Shown in pieces: positions 51,316 through 61,758 of a stretch of 64,000 bases of DNA. The first letter of the stretch is position 1; every line of letters starts with the position of its first letter. Below the pieces are notes generated by a model. It did no database searches. It saw only the letters and a program-made list of their open reading frames with translations, and had not been told where the DNA came from. The position numbers and the translations under genes were made by a program. Source of the stretch: Dehalococcoidia bacterium (GTDB lineage Bacteria; Chloroflexota; Dehalococcoidia; UBA2979); contig OZ244720.1 of assembly GCA_965219085.1 (NCBI GenBank), forward strand, positions 1,056,001 to 1,120,000, in the 5' to 3' direction.

Positions 51316-51801
51316 ATGGCGGACGAACCGACGACGCTCGTAACCCAGGAGATGATCGACCGCAGGGACGACTGGAGCGAAAAGGTCTACTCGCGGCCGA
51401 TCGAGCTGAACGACATCATCAAGTGGGCGATCGCGGTCTACTGGCCCGACGACCCGCCCCGCATCTACTGGGACGAGGAGTACGCGAAGACGACGAAGTA
51501 CGGCGGCATCATTACCCCGCAGGACTTCAACCCGTTCGCGTGGCCCGTTCCCCGTCCGCCGCGCCAGGAGCTGCCGAAGGACGCGGGCGTGGGCGAGCGC
51601 GTGATGAACGGCGGCCAGACGGACAGCTTCGGCGTGCCGATGCGGCCCGGCGACGTGATCAGCCAGTCCTCGGCGCTCGTAGACTGGAACGAGCGGCAGG
51701 GGCGGTTGGGGCTGACGATCTTCAGCTACACCGATACCCGGTGGGAGAACCAGGACGGCGAGCTCGTGAAGACCCGAACCTCGGTCGGGGTCCGCTACTA
51801 G
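51316..51801 (+). CDS. MaoC/hot-dog dehydratase N-type subunit, copy 1
   Basis: YWDEEYA..TKYGGII.P, MNGG, PMRPGDVI. Confidence 0.85.
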   Translation: MADEPTTLVTQEMIDRRDDWSEKVYSRPIELNDIIKWAIAVYWPDDPPRIYWDEEYAKTTKYGGIITPQDFNPFAWPVPRPPRQELPKDAGVGERVMNGGQTDSFGVPMRPGDVISQSSALVDWNERQGRLGLTIFSYTDTRWENQDGELVKTRTSVGVRY

Positions 51802-51810
51802 GAGAAGACC

Positions 51811-52245
51811 ATGGCCAACAACGTGTACTTCGAAGACGTGAGCGTGGGAGACGACATCCCCTCGTTCACCCGTCAGACAGACCTGATGCACTGGAACCGC
51901 TACGCGGCCGTCAACGACGAGTTCGTCTACATCCACATGGATGACGAGGCGGGCCGCCAGGCGGCCAACGAGCCGGGCGCCTTCGGGATGGGCAACCTGC
52001 GCTGGGCCTACCTGCTCAACATGCTCCGCGAATGGGCCGGCGACGAGGTCGACGTCCGCGAGCTGGGCGTGCAGTTCCGCGCCATCAACCAGAAGAACGA
52101 CGTGCTCACCTGCGTCGGCACGGTCACGGAGAAGACCGAGGACAACGGGGAGCACCTCGTCCGCCTCGACACGAACGTGATCAACCAGGACGGCGCCGCG
52201 ACGTGCCCCGGGCACGCCATCGTCGCGCTGCCGTCGCGCGGGTAG
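51811..52245 (+). CDS. MaoC dehydratase catalytic subunit, copy 1
   Basis: YFEDV.VG, IHMD, GMGN, VQFRA. Confidence 0.85.
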   Translation: MANNVYFEDVSVGDDIPSFTRQTDLMHWNRYAAVNDEFVYIHMDDEAGRQAANEPGAFGMGNLRWAYLLNMLREWAGDEVDVRELGVQFRAINQKNDVLTCVGTVTEKTEDNGEHLVRLDTNVINQDGAATCPGHAIVALPSRG

Positions 52246-52304
52246 CCAGCCGACGGTCGCAAGCCCGACGCCACAGGCGACGGGGACACATTGGAGGGAG
52301 GCGT

Positions 52305-52790
52305 ATGCCGGACGAACTGACGACACTCGTCACGCAGGACATGATCGACCGCAGGGACGTGTGGAGCGAGAAGGTCTACTCGCGGCCGATCTCGCTGAAT
52401 GACATCATCAAGTGGGGGATCGCCGTCTACTGGCCGGACGATCCGCCCCGCGTCTACTGGGACGAGGAGTACGCGAAGACCACGAAGTACGGCGGCATCA
52501 TCGCGCCGCAGGACTTCAACCCCTTCGCGTGGCCCGTCCCCCGTCCGCCGAGGCAGGAACTGCCGAAGAACGCCGGCGTGGGCCAGCGCGGCATGAACGG
52601 CGGCCAGACGGACAGCTTCGGCGTGCCGATGCGCGCCGGCGACGTGATCAGCACGTCCTCAGCGCTCGTCGATTGGAACGAGCGCGTAGGGCGATTGGGG
52701 CTGACGATCTTCAGCTACACTGAAGTCCGCTGGGAGAACCAGAACGGCGAGATCGTGAAGACCCGCACCTCCGTCGGGGTCCGCTACTAG
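52305..52790 (+). CDS. MaoC/hot-dog dehydratase N-type subunit, copy 2
   Basis: Paralogue of 51316-51801. Confidence 0.85.
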   Translation: MPDELTTLVTQDMIDRRDVWSEKVYSRPISLNDIIKWGIAVYWPDDPPRVYWDEEYAKTTKYGGIIAPQDFNPFAWPVPRPPRQELPKNAGVGQRGMNGGQTDSFGVPMRAGDVISTSSALVDWNERVGRLGLTIFSYTEVRWENQNGEIVKTRTSVGVRY

Positions 52791-52799
52791 GAGAAGACC

Positions 52800-53234
52800 A
52801 TGGCCAACAACGTGTACTTCGAGGACGTGAACGTCGGCGAGGACATCCCCTCGTTCACCCGTCAGACAGACCTGATGCACTGGAACCGCTACGCGGCCGT
52901 CAACGACGAGTTCGTCTACATCCACATGGACGACGAGGCGGGCCGCCAGGCGGCCAACGAGCCGGGCGCGTTCGGGATGGGCAACCTGCGCTGGGCCTAC
53001 CTGCTGAACATGCTCCGCGAGTGGGCCGGCGACGAGGTCGACGTCCGCGAGCTGGGCGTGCAGTTCCGCGCCATCAACCAGAAGAACGACGTGCTCACCT
53101 GCGTCGGGACGATCACGGAGAAGACCGACGAGAACGGCGATCACCTCGTCCGCCTCGACACGAACGTGATCAACCAGGACGGCGTCGCCACCTGCCCCGG
53201 CCACGCCGTCATCGCGCTGCCCTCGCGCGGGTAG
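52800..53234 (+). CDS. MaoC dehydratase catalytic subunit, copy 2
   Basis: Near-identical to 51811-52245. Confidence 0.85.
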   Translation: MANNVYFEDVNVGEDIPSFTRQTDLMHWNRYAAVNDEFVYIHMDDEAGRQAANEPGAFGMGNLRWAYLLNMLREWAGDEVDVRELGVQFRAINQKNDVLTCVGTITEKTDENGDHLVRLDTNVINQDGVATCPGHAVIALPSRG

Positions 53235-53320
53235 CCATACAGCCACACCACACGAACCCCTCGGGAGCGCGCGCTCCCGGGGGGGTCGAGTGCTGCCCGC
53301 TGCACGACGGTGGGTGAGCG

Positions 53321-54148
53321 GTGACGCAGCGCGTCCTCATGTGCGCGCCGCTGCACTACCGGATCGACTACGAGATCAACCCGTGGATGCGCCGCTCCAA
53401 CCGCGTCGACGGCGCACGCGCCCTGCGGCAGTGGCGGCGCCTGCGTGAGCGCATCGAGGGTCTCGGCGTCGCCGTCGAGCTGATCGAGCAGGCGCCCGAG
53501 ACGCCGGACATGACGTTCACGGCCAACGCCGGCGTCGTGATCGGCGACCGGTTCATCCCCTCGAACTTCCGCTTCGCGGAGCGCCAGCCGGAGGAGGACC
53601 ACTTCATCCGCTGGTTCCGCCACCAGGGCTACACCGTCGAGACGATCCACCTCCCGCACTACTGGGAGGGCGAGGGTGACGTGCTGCCCGCCGGGGACCG
53701 CGTCTTCGCCGGCTACCGCTACCGCACCGAGTTTCGCGCGCTCGACCACCTCGAGCAGGCGCTCGGTCCCGAACTGGTGCGGCTCGAACTGGCCGACGAG
53801 CGCTTCTACCACCTCGACACGTGCTTCGCGCCACTGGGCGACGGGCGCGCGCTGTACGAGCCCGAGGCCTTCACCGCCGAGGGGCGTGAGCAGCTCTCGC
53901 GCCACTTCGACGACCTGATCGCGGTCGAGCGCGAGGAGTCGCTGCGGTTCGCGTGCAACGCGCTGGTGGTGGGGCGGCAGGTGGTGATGAACACGGGCTG
54001 CCCGGCGACGGTCCTCGTCCTGCGCGAGCGCGGCTACGAGCCTGTCGAGACCGACACCGACGAGTTCATCAAGGCGGGCGGCAGCGTGAAGTGCCTGACC
54101 CTCATGCTCGACGCCTTCGCCCCGGCTCTCGCAGACGGCGGCGCATAA
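53321..54148 (+). CDS. Amidinotransferase / dimethylargininase-family protein
   Basis: YEINPWM, PDMTFTANAG, EGEGD, FYHLDTCF, GGSVKCL. Confidence 0.9.
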   Translation: MTQRVLMCAPLHYRIDYEINPWMRRSNRVDGARALRQWRRLRERIEGLGVAVELIEQAPETPDMTFTANAGVVIGDRFIPSNFRFAERQPEEDHFIRWFRHQGYTVETIHLPHYWEGEGDVLPAGDRVFAGYRYRTEFRALDHLEQALGPELVRLELADERFYHLDTCFAPLGDGRALYEPEAFTAEGREQLSRHFDDLIAVEREESLRFACNALVVGRQVVMNTGCPATVLVLRERGYEPVETDTDEFIKAGGSVKCLTLMLDAFAPALADGGA

Positions 54149-54170
54149 CCGACGGTCCGGGCGCGCGCGC

Positions 54171-54512
54171 CTACTGGATGTGGACGACTTCCTGGGCGCG
54201 CTGCCACAACCCCTCGAGGTCGTAGCGGGCGCGCTGCTCCATCGACAGCAGGTGCACGATCACGTCGCCGAGGTCGGCGAGGAGCCAGCCGTCCTCGTGG
54301 CGCCCCTCCCAGCGGGGGTGTGTGCTGTAGGAGTCGGCGGCGGTGTCCACGGCCTCGACGAGCGCGCGCATCTGGCGGTTGCTGCCGGAGGTGGCGATCA
54401 CGAAGTAGTCGGCGAAACCGGCGTATTCCTGGACATCGAGGAGCACCACGTCCGCCGCCTGGCGATCCGCCAGCGCGTCGACCACATCGTTCGCAAGTTC
54501 AATGCTCTGCAG
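54171..54512 (-). CDS. rsfS: Ribosome silencing factor RsfS
   Basis: ADYFVIAT, WLLADLGDVIVH, RYDLEGLW; CTG start after GAGGAGG. Confidence 0.92.
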   Translation of the reverse strand: MQSIELANDVVDALADRQAADVVLLDVQEYAGFADYFVIATSGSNRQMRALVEAVDTAADSYSTHPRWEGRHEDGWLLADLGDVIVHLLSMEQRARYDLEGLWQRAQEVVHIQ

Positions 54513-54825
54513 CCGATCCTCCTCGGTGGCGCTGCGAGTATAGCCGCCCGCGTGGCGTCAGAAGTGGTGTTACCGAAATCGTCCGCCGCGCATCGCAACC
54601 CTGTTACCGAACGGGCGCCTTGATGCGACGACGCCCTTCAGGAGCCGTCTCGCAGGTGTGACCAGGGTGATGCGTTACACGCGCGCGAGCTGAGGCGAGG
54701 GCCCCGTGTCACTCAAGAGATGGCGACGGCTTGCCGTCGGCGCGCTGTCGGCGGCGAGACCAGGAAACAGTCGGCAGCACTCTATCCGACTCGTGTGACC
54801 TTACTACTGAGGTTACTATGTAGCC

Positions 54826-55077
54826 ATGACGACGACGCGACTCAACATGCACGAGGCAAAGACCCATCTGTCGGAGCACATTGCACGCTTGAAGCCAGGC
54901 GACCGCATCATCCTCTGCCGCCGGAACCGCCCCGTGGCCGAGATCCGGCCGTTGGATGAACCCCTGGACGAACCCCGCCCGGTCGGACTCGGCAAGGGTC
55001 TCGCTGAGATCCCCGACTCCTTCTTCGACCCGCTCCCCGAGGAGATGCTCGATCTCTTCGAAGGGCGGGCCACCTGA
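54826..55077 (+). CDS. Phd/YefM-family antitoxin
   Basis: NMHEAKTHLS, PVAEIRP, FFDPLP. Confidence 0.88.
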   Translation: MTTTRLNMHEAKTHLSEHIARLKPGDRIILCRRNRPVAEIRPLDEPLDEPRPVGLGKGLAEIPDSFFDPLPEEMLDLFEGRAT

Positions 55078-55090
55078 GCCGCGAGGACAT

Positions 55091-55483
55091 ATGGGGCTCC
55101 TGCTCGACACCGTGGCGTTCCTCTGGCTGGCCGAGGATGATGCGCGCCTGTCGGCGGCGGCGCGCGAGGCGATCGCCGACCCGGCCAACGATGTGTTCCT
55201 GAGTGCAGCCTCGGCGTGGGAGATCGCCATCAAGCACGGTCTCGGACGCCTCCGCCTGCACGTGCCCCCGGACGAATACGTCCCACAGCAGCGCCTCCTC
55301 CATCGCATCGAGACACTCGGGATCGACGAGGACGCCACACTGCAGGCAGGCAAGCTGCCGGACCTCCACCGCGATCCGTTTGACCGGCTCCTCGTTGCAC
55401 ACGCGATTGTGCATGGGCTCACCATTGTCACTCCCGATCGCCTCATCAGGCGCTACACCGTCCCCATCCTCTGGTCGCGGTAG
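55091..55483 (+). CDS. vapC: VapC PIN toxin
   Basis: LLLDT..FLW, SAWEIAIK, HRDPFDRLL. Confidence 0.92.
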   Translation: MGLLLDTVAFLWLAEDDARLSAAAREAIADPANDVFLSAASAWEIAIKHGLGRLRLHVPPDEYVPQQRLLHRIETLGIDEDATLQAGKLPDLHRDPFDRLLVAHAIVHGLTIVTPDRLIRRYTVPILWSR

Positions 55484-55707
55484 CGCGCAGGCGACGCACA
55501 GCCGGGCACAGGTCGGCCTCAGCAGAGCAACAAGCAGATTCCGCTGGGGCCCGTGCTATTTCTGATGCATTGCGGCCGGCCCCCGCGTTCGGGCCGGCAA
55601 TGGACGCGTGAGCACATCGACATCTCGGTGACAGGCCCGCCTGCCGTAGACTCCTCTTCATCACCGCCGCGGGCGCGAGGTCCGCGGGTACTCGAAAGGA
55701 CTGAGCG

Positions 55708-56106
55708 ATGCCACTCACGAGCGAAGCAGCGCAACGCATGATCGCGGCGAGCCACGAGAAGGCGCGCGAGCTGGGCGTGGCCGTGTGCTCGGCGATTATC
55801 GATCCGGAAGGGCGCCTCTTCGCCTTCGGCCGCATGGAGGGCGCGCGCTGGCTCTCCATCGAGGTGTCGCAGGCGAAGGCGCTCACCGGGGCCATGCTCG
55901 GGCGAGACGGCCCCGAACTGGCGGACATGGACTCCGGCGTCCTGGCCGCGCTCGGCGCCATGCACGGCCGCTCGCTGCTCGCCATGGGCAGCGTCACGAC
56001 CCTGACCGAGGACGGCGAGCTCATCGCCGGCATCGGCTGCAGCGGCGCCACCGACGAGCAGGACGGCGAGTGCGCCCACGCGGCGCGCGACGCCTACACC
56101 GCGTAG
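55708..56106 (+). CDS. GlcG/HbpS-like heme-binding protein
   Basis: D..G.L.AF.RMEGA, KALT, GIGCSGA...QD. Confidence 0.82.
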   Translation: MPLTSEAAQRMIAASHEKARELGVAVCSAIIDPEGRLFAFGRMEGARWLSIEVSQAKALTGAMLGRDGPELADMDSGVLAALGAMHGRSLLAMGSVTTLTEDGELIAGIGCSGATDEQDGECAHAARDAYTA

Positions 56107-56209
56107 CTCGACGACTCGCGGCGGTGCGTCGCTCGCCGGAGGGCGGGCGCCGCCGCCCGCGTCGTGATCGCTTCGCATGCTCTCGGCCTGCCCGCGTAGG
56201 TCCAACCGT

Positions 56210-56581
56210 CTATTCGTCGGCCTCGACGATGACGCGTCCGCCGCCGCTGACGTGTACGTGCAGCGCATAGCCGTCGGGCAAGGAGATGCCCACGAGGGGC
56301 GCGACATCCGCCACAAAGGGGTCGACGTCCCGCGCCTGGCCATCCCGGAGCACGGTGACGTCATGCATGTCGAGGGTCTCCTCGCTGCCGTTGGCCAGGA
56401 CGACCCGGCTGACACCGATGAACGGGAGCGCCAGCTCCGCTACGAGCGTGGACGGGAGTGTCAGGAAGCGATTGAAACCGGTGTCGATCACGGCATCCAC
56501 CTCCCGCGTCTCCCCTGTCGGGCCTCGCACAGCCAGGGGCACGACGGGCTCGCAGGCGGCGTTTACCAGACCCTCGATCAC
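56210..56581 (-). CDS. Clan AA (retropepsin-like) aspartic protease
   Basis: AVIDTGFN, LANG, PLVG motifs. Confidence 0.8.
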   Translation of the reverse strand: MIEGLVNAACEPVVPLAVRGPTGETREVDAVIDTGFNRFLTLPSTLVAELALPFIGVSRVVLANGSEETLDMHDVTVLRDGQARDVDPFVADVAPLVGISLPDGYALHVHVSGGGRVIVEADE

Positions 56582-56847
56582 CCGGTACTCCGTGGCGACC
56601 CGCCTCCGATGCTGGCGATCGCCCGGTAGCCGACTCGGAGGAGCCAGACATCAACAGCCTGCGGGTGTTCCGCTCGCAGGTCTTCGCCAGCGCGGCGAAT
56701 CGTGTCGGCGATAACCCAACTTCCGCCGTCGACGTCGATAGCCACGTAGCGTCCGCGGTCGGACGACTCCACGTGCGGGCGGATGTCCCGCTCGTAGATC
56801 TCGTCTCCGAGACGGGCAGTCTCCTCGGCCGGGCGTCGGGTGGGCAT
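56578..56847 (-). CDS. Small partner protein of the aspartic protease
   Basis: RLGDEIYE..IRP.VE....G.YVAIDV...RVG; GTGA overlap with the protease. Confidence 0.75.
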   Translation of the reverse strand: MPTRRPAEETARLGDEIYERDIRPHVESSDRGRYVAIDVDGGSWVIADTIRRAGEDLRAEHPQAVDVWLLRVGYRAIASIGGGSPRSTG

Positions 56848-56943
56848 CGCGATGTGCTCCTCGTTGCGACCTTCGTCGTAACCGGCGAGCACTGGCGCGT
56901 GCGGAGTGCGCGCCCCCCGCCCCGTGGATCGCGTCGAGGCGCC

Positions 56944-58221
56944 CTACCCGCGCGCTTCGACCACGTGGGCGGCGACGAGTGCCTCGACCTCGGCTTCCGA
57001 CCAGCCTGCCTCGAGCAGCACCCCGCGGGTGTCGCGCGCCAGCGTCGGCGCGGCCCCGCTCGCTGCGGTCGGCGTCGCCGACATCTCCAGCACCGGCCCC
57101 ACGAACGACTGCGGGCCCGTCATGTCGTGCTCGAGGTCGGCGAAGATGCCCTCGGCCTGCACCTGCGGATCCATCCGGATCTCCTCCGGGAAGTTCACCG
57201 GCGCCGCCGGCAGGCCCTCCGCGTCGAAGATCTCGATCCACTCGGCGACCGTGCGCTCGCGCATCTTCTCGCGCATCACGCCGGCGAAGTACTCCATCTT
57301 GCGCTGGTTCTCGGCGTCGAGGATGTCGTAGTCGGGGTCGTCGCTGTCCTCGTGCTCCAGCCCGAGCACCTGCCGGAAGCCGTCGCGGTTGATGCGCGTG
57401 AGCGCGCCGAGGATGATGCCGCCGTCCTTCGCCGCGTAGCCGCCGTAGAACAGGCCGCCGGTGAGGATGCGCTGCTCGCGCACGCGGATCAGCTCCGGGT
57501 AGCTGCCGCCGGCCTCGCGCGTCGCGACGAGGTCCGCGCGCGTCAGGTCGTCGAAGTGCACGTCGGTGACCGGCTCGTAGTTGACGTTGTGGCTCTGCAG
57601 CCACACGCCGGTGCGCAGCAGCGAGGTGTTGATCTTCTGGCCTTCGCCGGTGCGCTCGCGGTGGAAGAGCGCCGAGGCGACGCCCATCGCGGTGGCCATC
57701 GCCGTGCCGTAGTCGGCGGGCGCCCCGAACGTGGCGGCGATGGGCGCGCCGTCGTCGGCGACCTTGCCGTCGCCGGCCATGATCCCGGAGTAGGCCTGCG
57801 CGACCACGTCCGAGCAGCCCCGCTCCGCCAGCTCGCCGCGCGTCCCGAAGCCGGTGCTCTCGACGTAGATGAGGTCCGGCCGGAACTGCTTGAGCGTCTC
57901 GTAGTCGATCCCGACCCGCTCCGCCACGCCGTAGCGGTAGTTCACGACCACCACGTCGATGGTCGGCATCAGCCGGTGGATGATCGCGCGCCCCTCGGGC
58001 TGCTGCAGGTCGACGACGATGTCGCGCTTGCCGCGGTTGAAGGTCTGGAAGGCCTTGCCCTCGTTGGGGACGACGGCGCGGGCTTGCCGCGTGGACTCGC
58101 CGCCGGGCGGCTCGACCTTGATCACGTCGGCGCCGAGGTCGGAGAGCAGCACTCCCGACATCGGGCCGGCGACCACCAGCGTGAACTCCAGTACGCGAAT
58201 ACCATCCAGTGGGCCGGGCAT
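56944..58221 (-). CDS. Family III CoA-transferase (CaiB/BaiF), copy 1
   Basis: GPL.G.RVLE, LGADVIKVEPP.G, NRGKR, TGEGQ, APTL. Confidence 0.93.
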   Translation of the reverse strand: MPGPLDGIRVLEFTLVVAGPMSGVLLSDLGADVIKVEPPGGESTRQARAVVPNEGKAFQTFNRGKRDIVVDLQQPEGRAIIHRLMPTIDVVVVNYRYGVAERVGIDYETLKQFRPDLIYVESTGFGTRGELAERGCSDVVAQAYSGIMAGDGKVADDGAPIAATFGAPADYGTAMATAMGVASALFHRERTGEGQKINTSLLRTGVWLQSHNVNYEPVTDVHFDDLTRADLVATREAGGSYPELIRVREQRILTGGLFYGGYAAKDGGIILGALTRINRDGFRQVLGLEHEDSDDPDYDILDAENQRKMEYFAGVMREKMRERTVAEWIEIFDAEGLPAAPVNFPEEIRMDPQVQAEGIFADLEHDMTGPQSFVGPVLEMSATPTAASGAAPTLARDTRGVLLEAGWSEAEVEALVAAHVVEARG

Positions 58222-58603
58222 GTCCCCTCCTTCGTGCTTCGTCGGACGTGCAGGCGCAGCCTGCCGCGAGTGTCGATGCTATACGAGCGTGGCGTGAGGG
58301 TGGATGGGGGCGGCGAAGTACAGGTTCGACTGATCCTCGATGCGAATCCAAGTCTTCATCTGGTCAATACGTAGACTCAAGTCGCCGATGAGTACTCCGT
58401 CCGTGCCGAGGCCCAGGGCAAGCAGTTCATCGCCATCCCAACGCGCCCAGGATCAGGTTCCGGGCCGCGACATCGAGGTGATAGGTATTCACCGACCCGA
58501 GGTCCGCGTCGGCTGAGCGCTGCCCGCCGAAGTGCGGCAGCATGGCCCCGGCGGTCGTTGCCAGGAACAGGAGCAGGAAGATGACTGAGGTGGTGCGGCT
58601 CAT

Positions 58604-60229
58604 CTATTCGGCTCCTCGCCACAGCGACTCGACGACCTGGTCCATGATCTCGTCGATCTCAGCGCGCTGGGCGCTGGTGAGATCGTCGTCGTACTGCCGG
58701 GGCCACTCCCCCAGCCAGTTGACGTCGATGACGAATCTCGCCCCGTCCTCGTGCCTGAACACGAGGCCCACCGACCCGTGCTTGGGCGTAGTGCCGGGGA
58801 ACAGGCGGCCGAGCAGCATCTCAGCCTCGAATACCAGCCGGGCGTTGGGCGGGATGTCGAAGACGACCCGCTCAAAGCTCGTTTCATACTGGTACGTGCC
58901 GGTCGGGAGGGGCTGGTCATTCTGTACGCCTCCGCGACGGAACACCGGCCCCGGCTCCCCGCAGTCGGCTTGGGTGACGTCGCTCGTCGCCGAGTCGCCA
59001 AGCACCCCGGGCGCACAACCAGTGAACGACGTACCTGAGATCGAAACGCTCGTCAGGTTCGTCAGCCGGGCCAGCTTCGACGGGATCATCCCCGTGAGTG
59101 CGTTCCCGCTCAGGTTCAGCGTCGTCAGTCCCTTGAGGTTTCCCAGCAGCCCCGACAGCTGTCCGTTGAGGCCGAAATTCGACAGGTTCAGGCCCGTCAC
59201 GCGCTGCGGCGTACCCGAGACCGTGACTCCCATCCAGTCGGATATCGCCTTGCCGGCCGTCCAGTTGAGCTTGCCGGTCCCGCGGATGGTGTCGCGGAGG
59301 CCCAGCAGTGCCTCGCAGTCTGCCACGAGTTCGCCGTTCGTCTCCGGGTTCATCACCGCGACCCCGGACGCGCAGTCACTTACCTCGAACTCGGTCTCGA
59401 CAACGGTGGCGCCAATGTGCGGCTTGCCGTCGGGCCGGGGCCGCACGACCGGCTTCGCAGCCTTCAGGTCGTAGGTGATGGTCGTGGCGGCCGCAGCCTC
59501 CTCGTTCACCGTGAAGGTGTACGTCGTGCCGACCGGCGGCACGAGCCTCGACTCCGAGACGGGTGCGGGGAAAGACGATGGCTCGAGGTAGAAGCGCGTC
59601 CAGCCGCCCGGCAGCCGCGCCGCCGTGACGACGGTGACCTCGAGCCCCGCGTCGACGTGGTACGTGCCGCCCAGGCCTGCGTTCAGTCGCATCGCGGCCG
59701 GGATGTCGGCGACCTGTCTGTAGTCGCCGGGCGCGCCGATGTAGGCGGCGCGGATGCACGTCGGGTCCGTCGGTGTCGCGCAAGAGCCGGGCGCGGCGGG
59801 CGCTGCTGCGGGCGTCGAGGTGGTCGGGGGTGGCTTGACGGCCGCGGGCGAACCCGCGTCGCCCTCCACGATCCCCTCGAGGGCCACGAGCGCCACCGCC
59901 ACCACGACCACCCCGGCCAGCGTCGCCGCCCCCGCCCCGACCCACACCAGCGGCCGCCCCACCGACCACAGGGCAGCCGGCACGGCCAGCACGCCACCAA
60001 GGCGGCGCCGAGGGGCGTCCGGGCGCCAGGCGGCGAGCGCGCGGCGGTTGCGCAGCTCCAGCTTCGCGAGCATGTTCGAGATGTGCGTCTTGACCGTGTC
60101 CGGGCTGAGGCCGAGTCGCGAGGCGATCTCCGCGTTCGTACCGCCCTCGCGCAGCGCGTCGAGCACGCGCCACTCGGCGGGGGTCAGCACGTCGGGGTGA
60201 CGCGGCCGGCCGCGACGGTTGCGCTGCAT
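58604..60229 (-). CDS. LuxR-type HTH + TM + ectodomain containing a short LRR block
   Basis: LTPAEWRVL...TNAEIA..L..S..TVKTHISNML.KL; TM helix; LRR N-cap and LSGNALTGMIP. Confidence 0.82.
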   Translation of the reverse strand: MQRNRRGRPRHPDVLTPAEWRVLDALREGGTNAEIASRLGLSPDTVKTHISNMLAKLELRNRRALAAWRPDAPRRRLGGVLAVPAALWSVGRPLVWVGAGAATLAGVVVVAVALVALEGIVEGDAGSPAAVKPPPTTSTPAAAPAAPGSCATPTDPTCIRAAYIGAPGDYRQVADIPAAMRLNAGLGGTYHVDAGLEVTVVTAARLPGGWTRFYLEPSSFPAPVSESRLVPPVGTTYTFTVNEEAAAATTITYDLKAAKPVVRPRPDGKPHIGATVVETEFEVSDCASGVAVMNPETNGELVADCEALLGLRDTIRGTGKLNWTAGKAISDWMGVTVSGTPQRVTGLNLSNFGLNGQLSGLLGNLKGLTTLNLSGNALTGMIPSKLARLTNLTSVSISGTSFTGCAPGVLGDSATSDVTQADCGEPGPVFRRGGVQNDQPLPTGTYQYETSFERVVFDIPPNARLVFEAEMLLGRLFPGTTPKHGSVGLVFRHEDGARFVIDVNWLGEWPRQYDDDLTSAQRAEIDEIMDQVVESLWRGAE

Positions 60230-60328
60230 GGAGCCATCGTAGGGCGCGCGCCCTACGATTTACCTCACCCGGCCCCCCTCGCACTCGCCCAAGGTTGCAG
60301 CGAGGGTCACTACGTGGTGCCCGGTGTG

Positions 60329-61606
60329 CTACCCGGCCTGGACGACGGCGCCGTTCGCGAGCAGGTCCTCGACCTCGGCCTCGGACCAGCCGGCCTCGAG
60401 CAGGACGCCGCGCGTGTCGCGCGCGAGCGGTGGCGCGGCGCCGCTCGCCGCGGTCGGCGTCGCCGACATCTCGAGCACCGGCCCCACGACCGACTGCGGG
60501 CCGGTCATGTCGTGCTCGAGGTCGACGTAGATGCCCTCGGCCTGCACCTGGGGGTCGAGCCGGATCTCCTCCGGGAAGTTCACGGGCGCGGCGGGCAGGC
60601 CGACCACGTCGAACGTCTCGATCCACTCGTCGACGGTGCGCTCGCGCATCTTGGCGCGCATGACTTCGCCGAAGTGCTCCGCGGTGCGCTGGCTCTCCGG
60701 GTCGAAGACGTTGTAACCCGGCTAGTCGCTGGGCTCGTCCTCAAGGCCGAGCACGCCCCGGAAGCCGTCGCGGTTCAGTTTCGTGAGCGCGCCGAGGATG
60801 ATGCCGCCATCCTTCGCCGCGTAGCCGCCGTAGTACAGCCCGCCCGTGAGGCGTCGCTCGTTGCGCACCTGCATCAGCTCGGGGTAGCTGCCCCCGGCGT
60901 TGCGCGTCGCGGCGAGCTCGGCGCGCGTCACGTCGTCGAACAGCGCGTCGGTGACCGGCTCGTGGTTGACGTTGTGGCTCTGTAGCCAGACGCCGGTGCG
61001 CAGCAGCGAGGTGTTGATCTTCTGGCCTTCGCCGGTGAGCGAGCGGTGGAAGAGCGCGGCGCAGACGCCCATCGCGGACGCCATCGCCGTGCTGTAGTCG
61101 GCCGGCGCCCCGAACGTGACGGCGATCGGCGCGCCGTCGTCGGCGACCTTACCGTCGCCCGCCATGATCCCGGAGTAGGCCTGCGCCACCACGTCGGAGC
61201 AGCCGCGCCGCGCCAGCTCGCCGCGCGTCCCAAAGCCCGTGCTTTCGACGTAGATGAGGTCCGGCCGGTACTGCTTGAGCGTCTCGTAGCCGATTCCGAT
61301 CCTGTCGGGGACGCCGTAGCGATAGTTCGCGACCACCACATCGATGGTCGGCATCAGGCGGTGGATGACCGCGCGCCCCTCGGGCTGCTGCAGGTCGACG
61401 ACGATGTCGCGCTTGCCGCGATTGAAGGCCTGGAAGAGCTTGCCCTCGTCCGGGATCACAGCGCGGCTCTGCCGCGTGGACTCGCCGCCGGGCGGCTCGA
61501 CCTTGATCACGTCGGCGCCGAGGTCGGAGAGCAGCACTCCGGACATCGGGCCAGCGACGACCAGCGTGAACTCGAGTACGCGAACACCGTGCAGTGGACC
61601 GGGCAT
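60329..61606 (-). pseudogene. Family III CoA-transferase copy 2 with a single in-frame TAG (60722-60724)
   Basis: Same 1278-nt length as copy 1 and collinear; TAG sits where copy 1 has GAC. Confidence 0.88.
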
Positions 61607-61758
61607 GTCCCCTCCTCCGTCGTCGGGCGGAGCGAGACGGCGTCGGCCGCGAGTGGTGATGCTATACGAGGGGGGCGTGAGGGGTGTGTAGGCGAGGGGG
61701 CGCGCGGTGCAATTGGCTGGGGATTACATACGGTAGTGCCCACGGCCCGCGTGCATAT

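Noticed and set aside
54568-54611. TGTTACCGAA direct repeat upstream of rsfS
   Set aside because: Only two 10-bp copies; insufficient evidence for a regulatory site.
58320-58600. Possible small gene between the CoA-transferase and the LuxR-TM gene
   Set aside because: Only a short stop-interrupted protein-like remnant; cannot be assigned.
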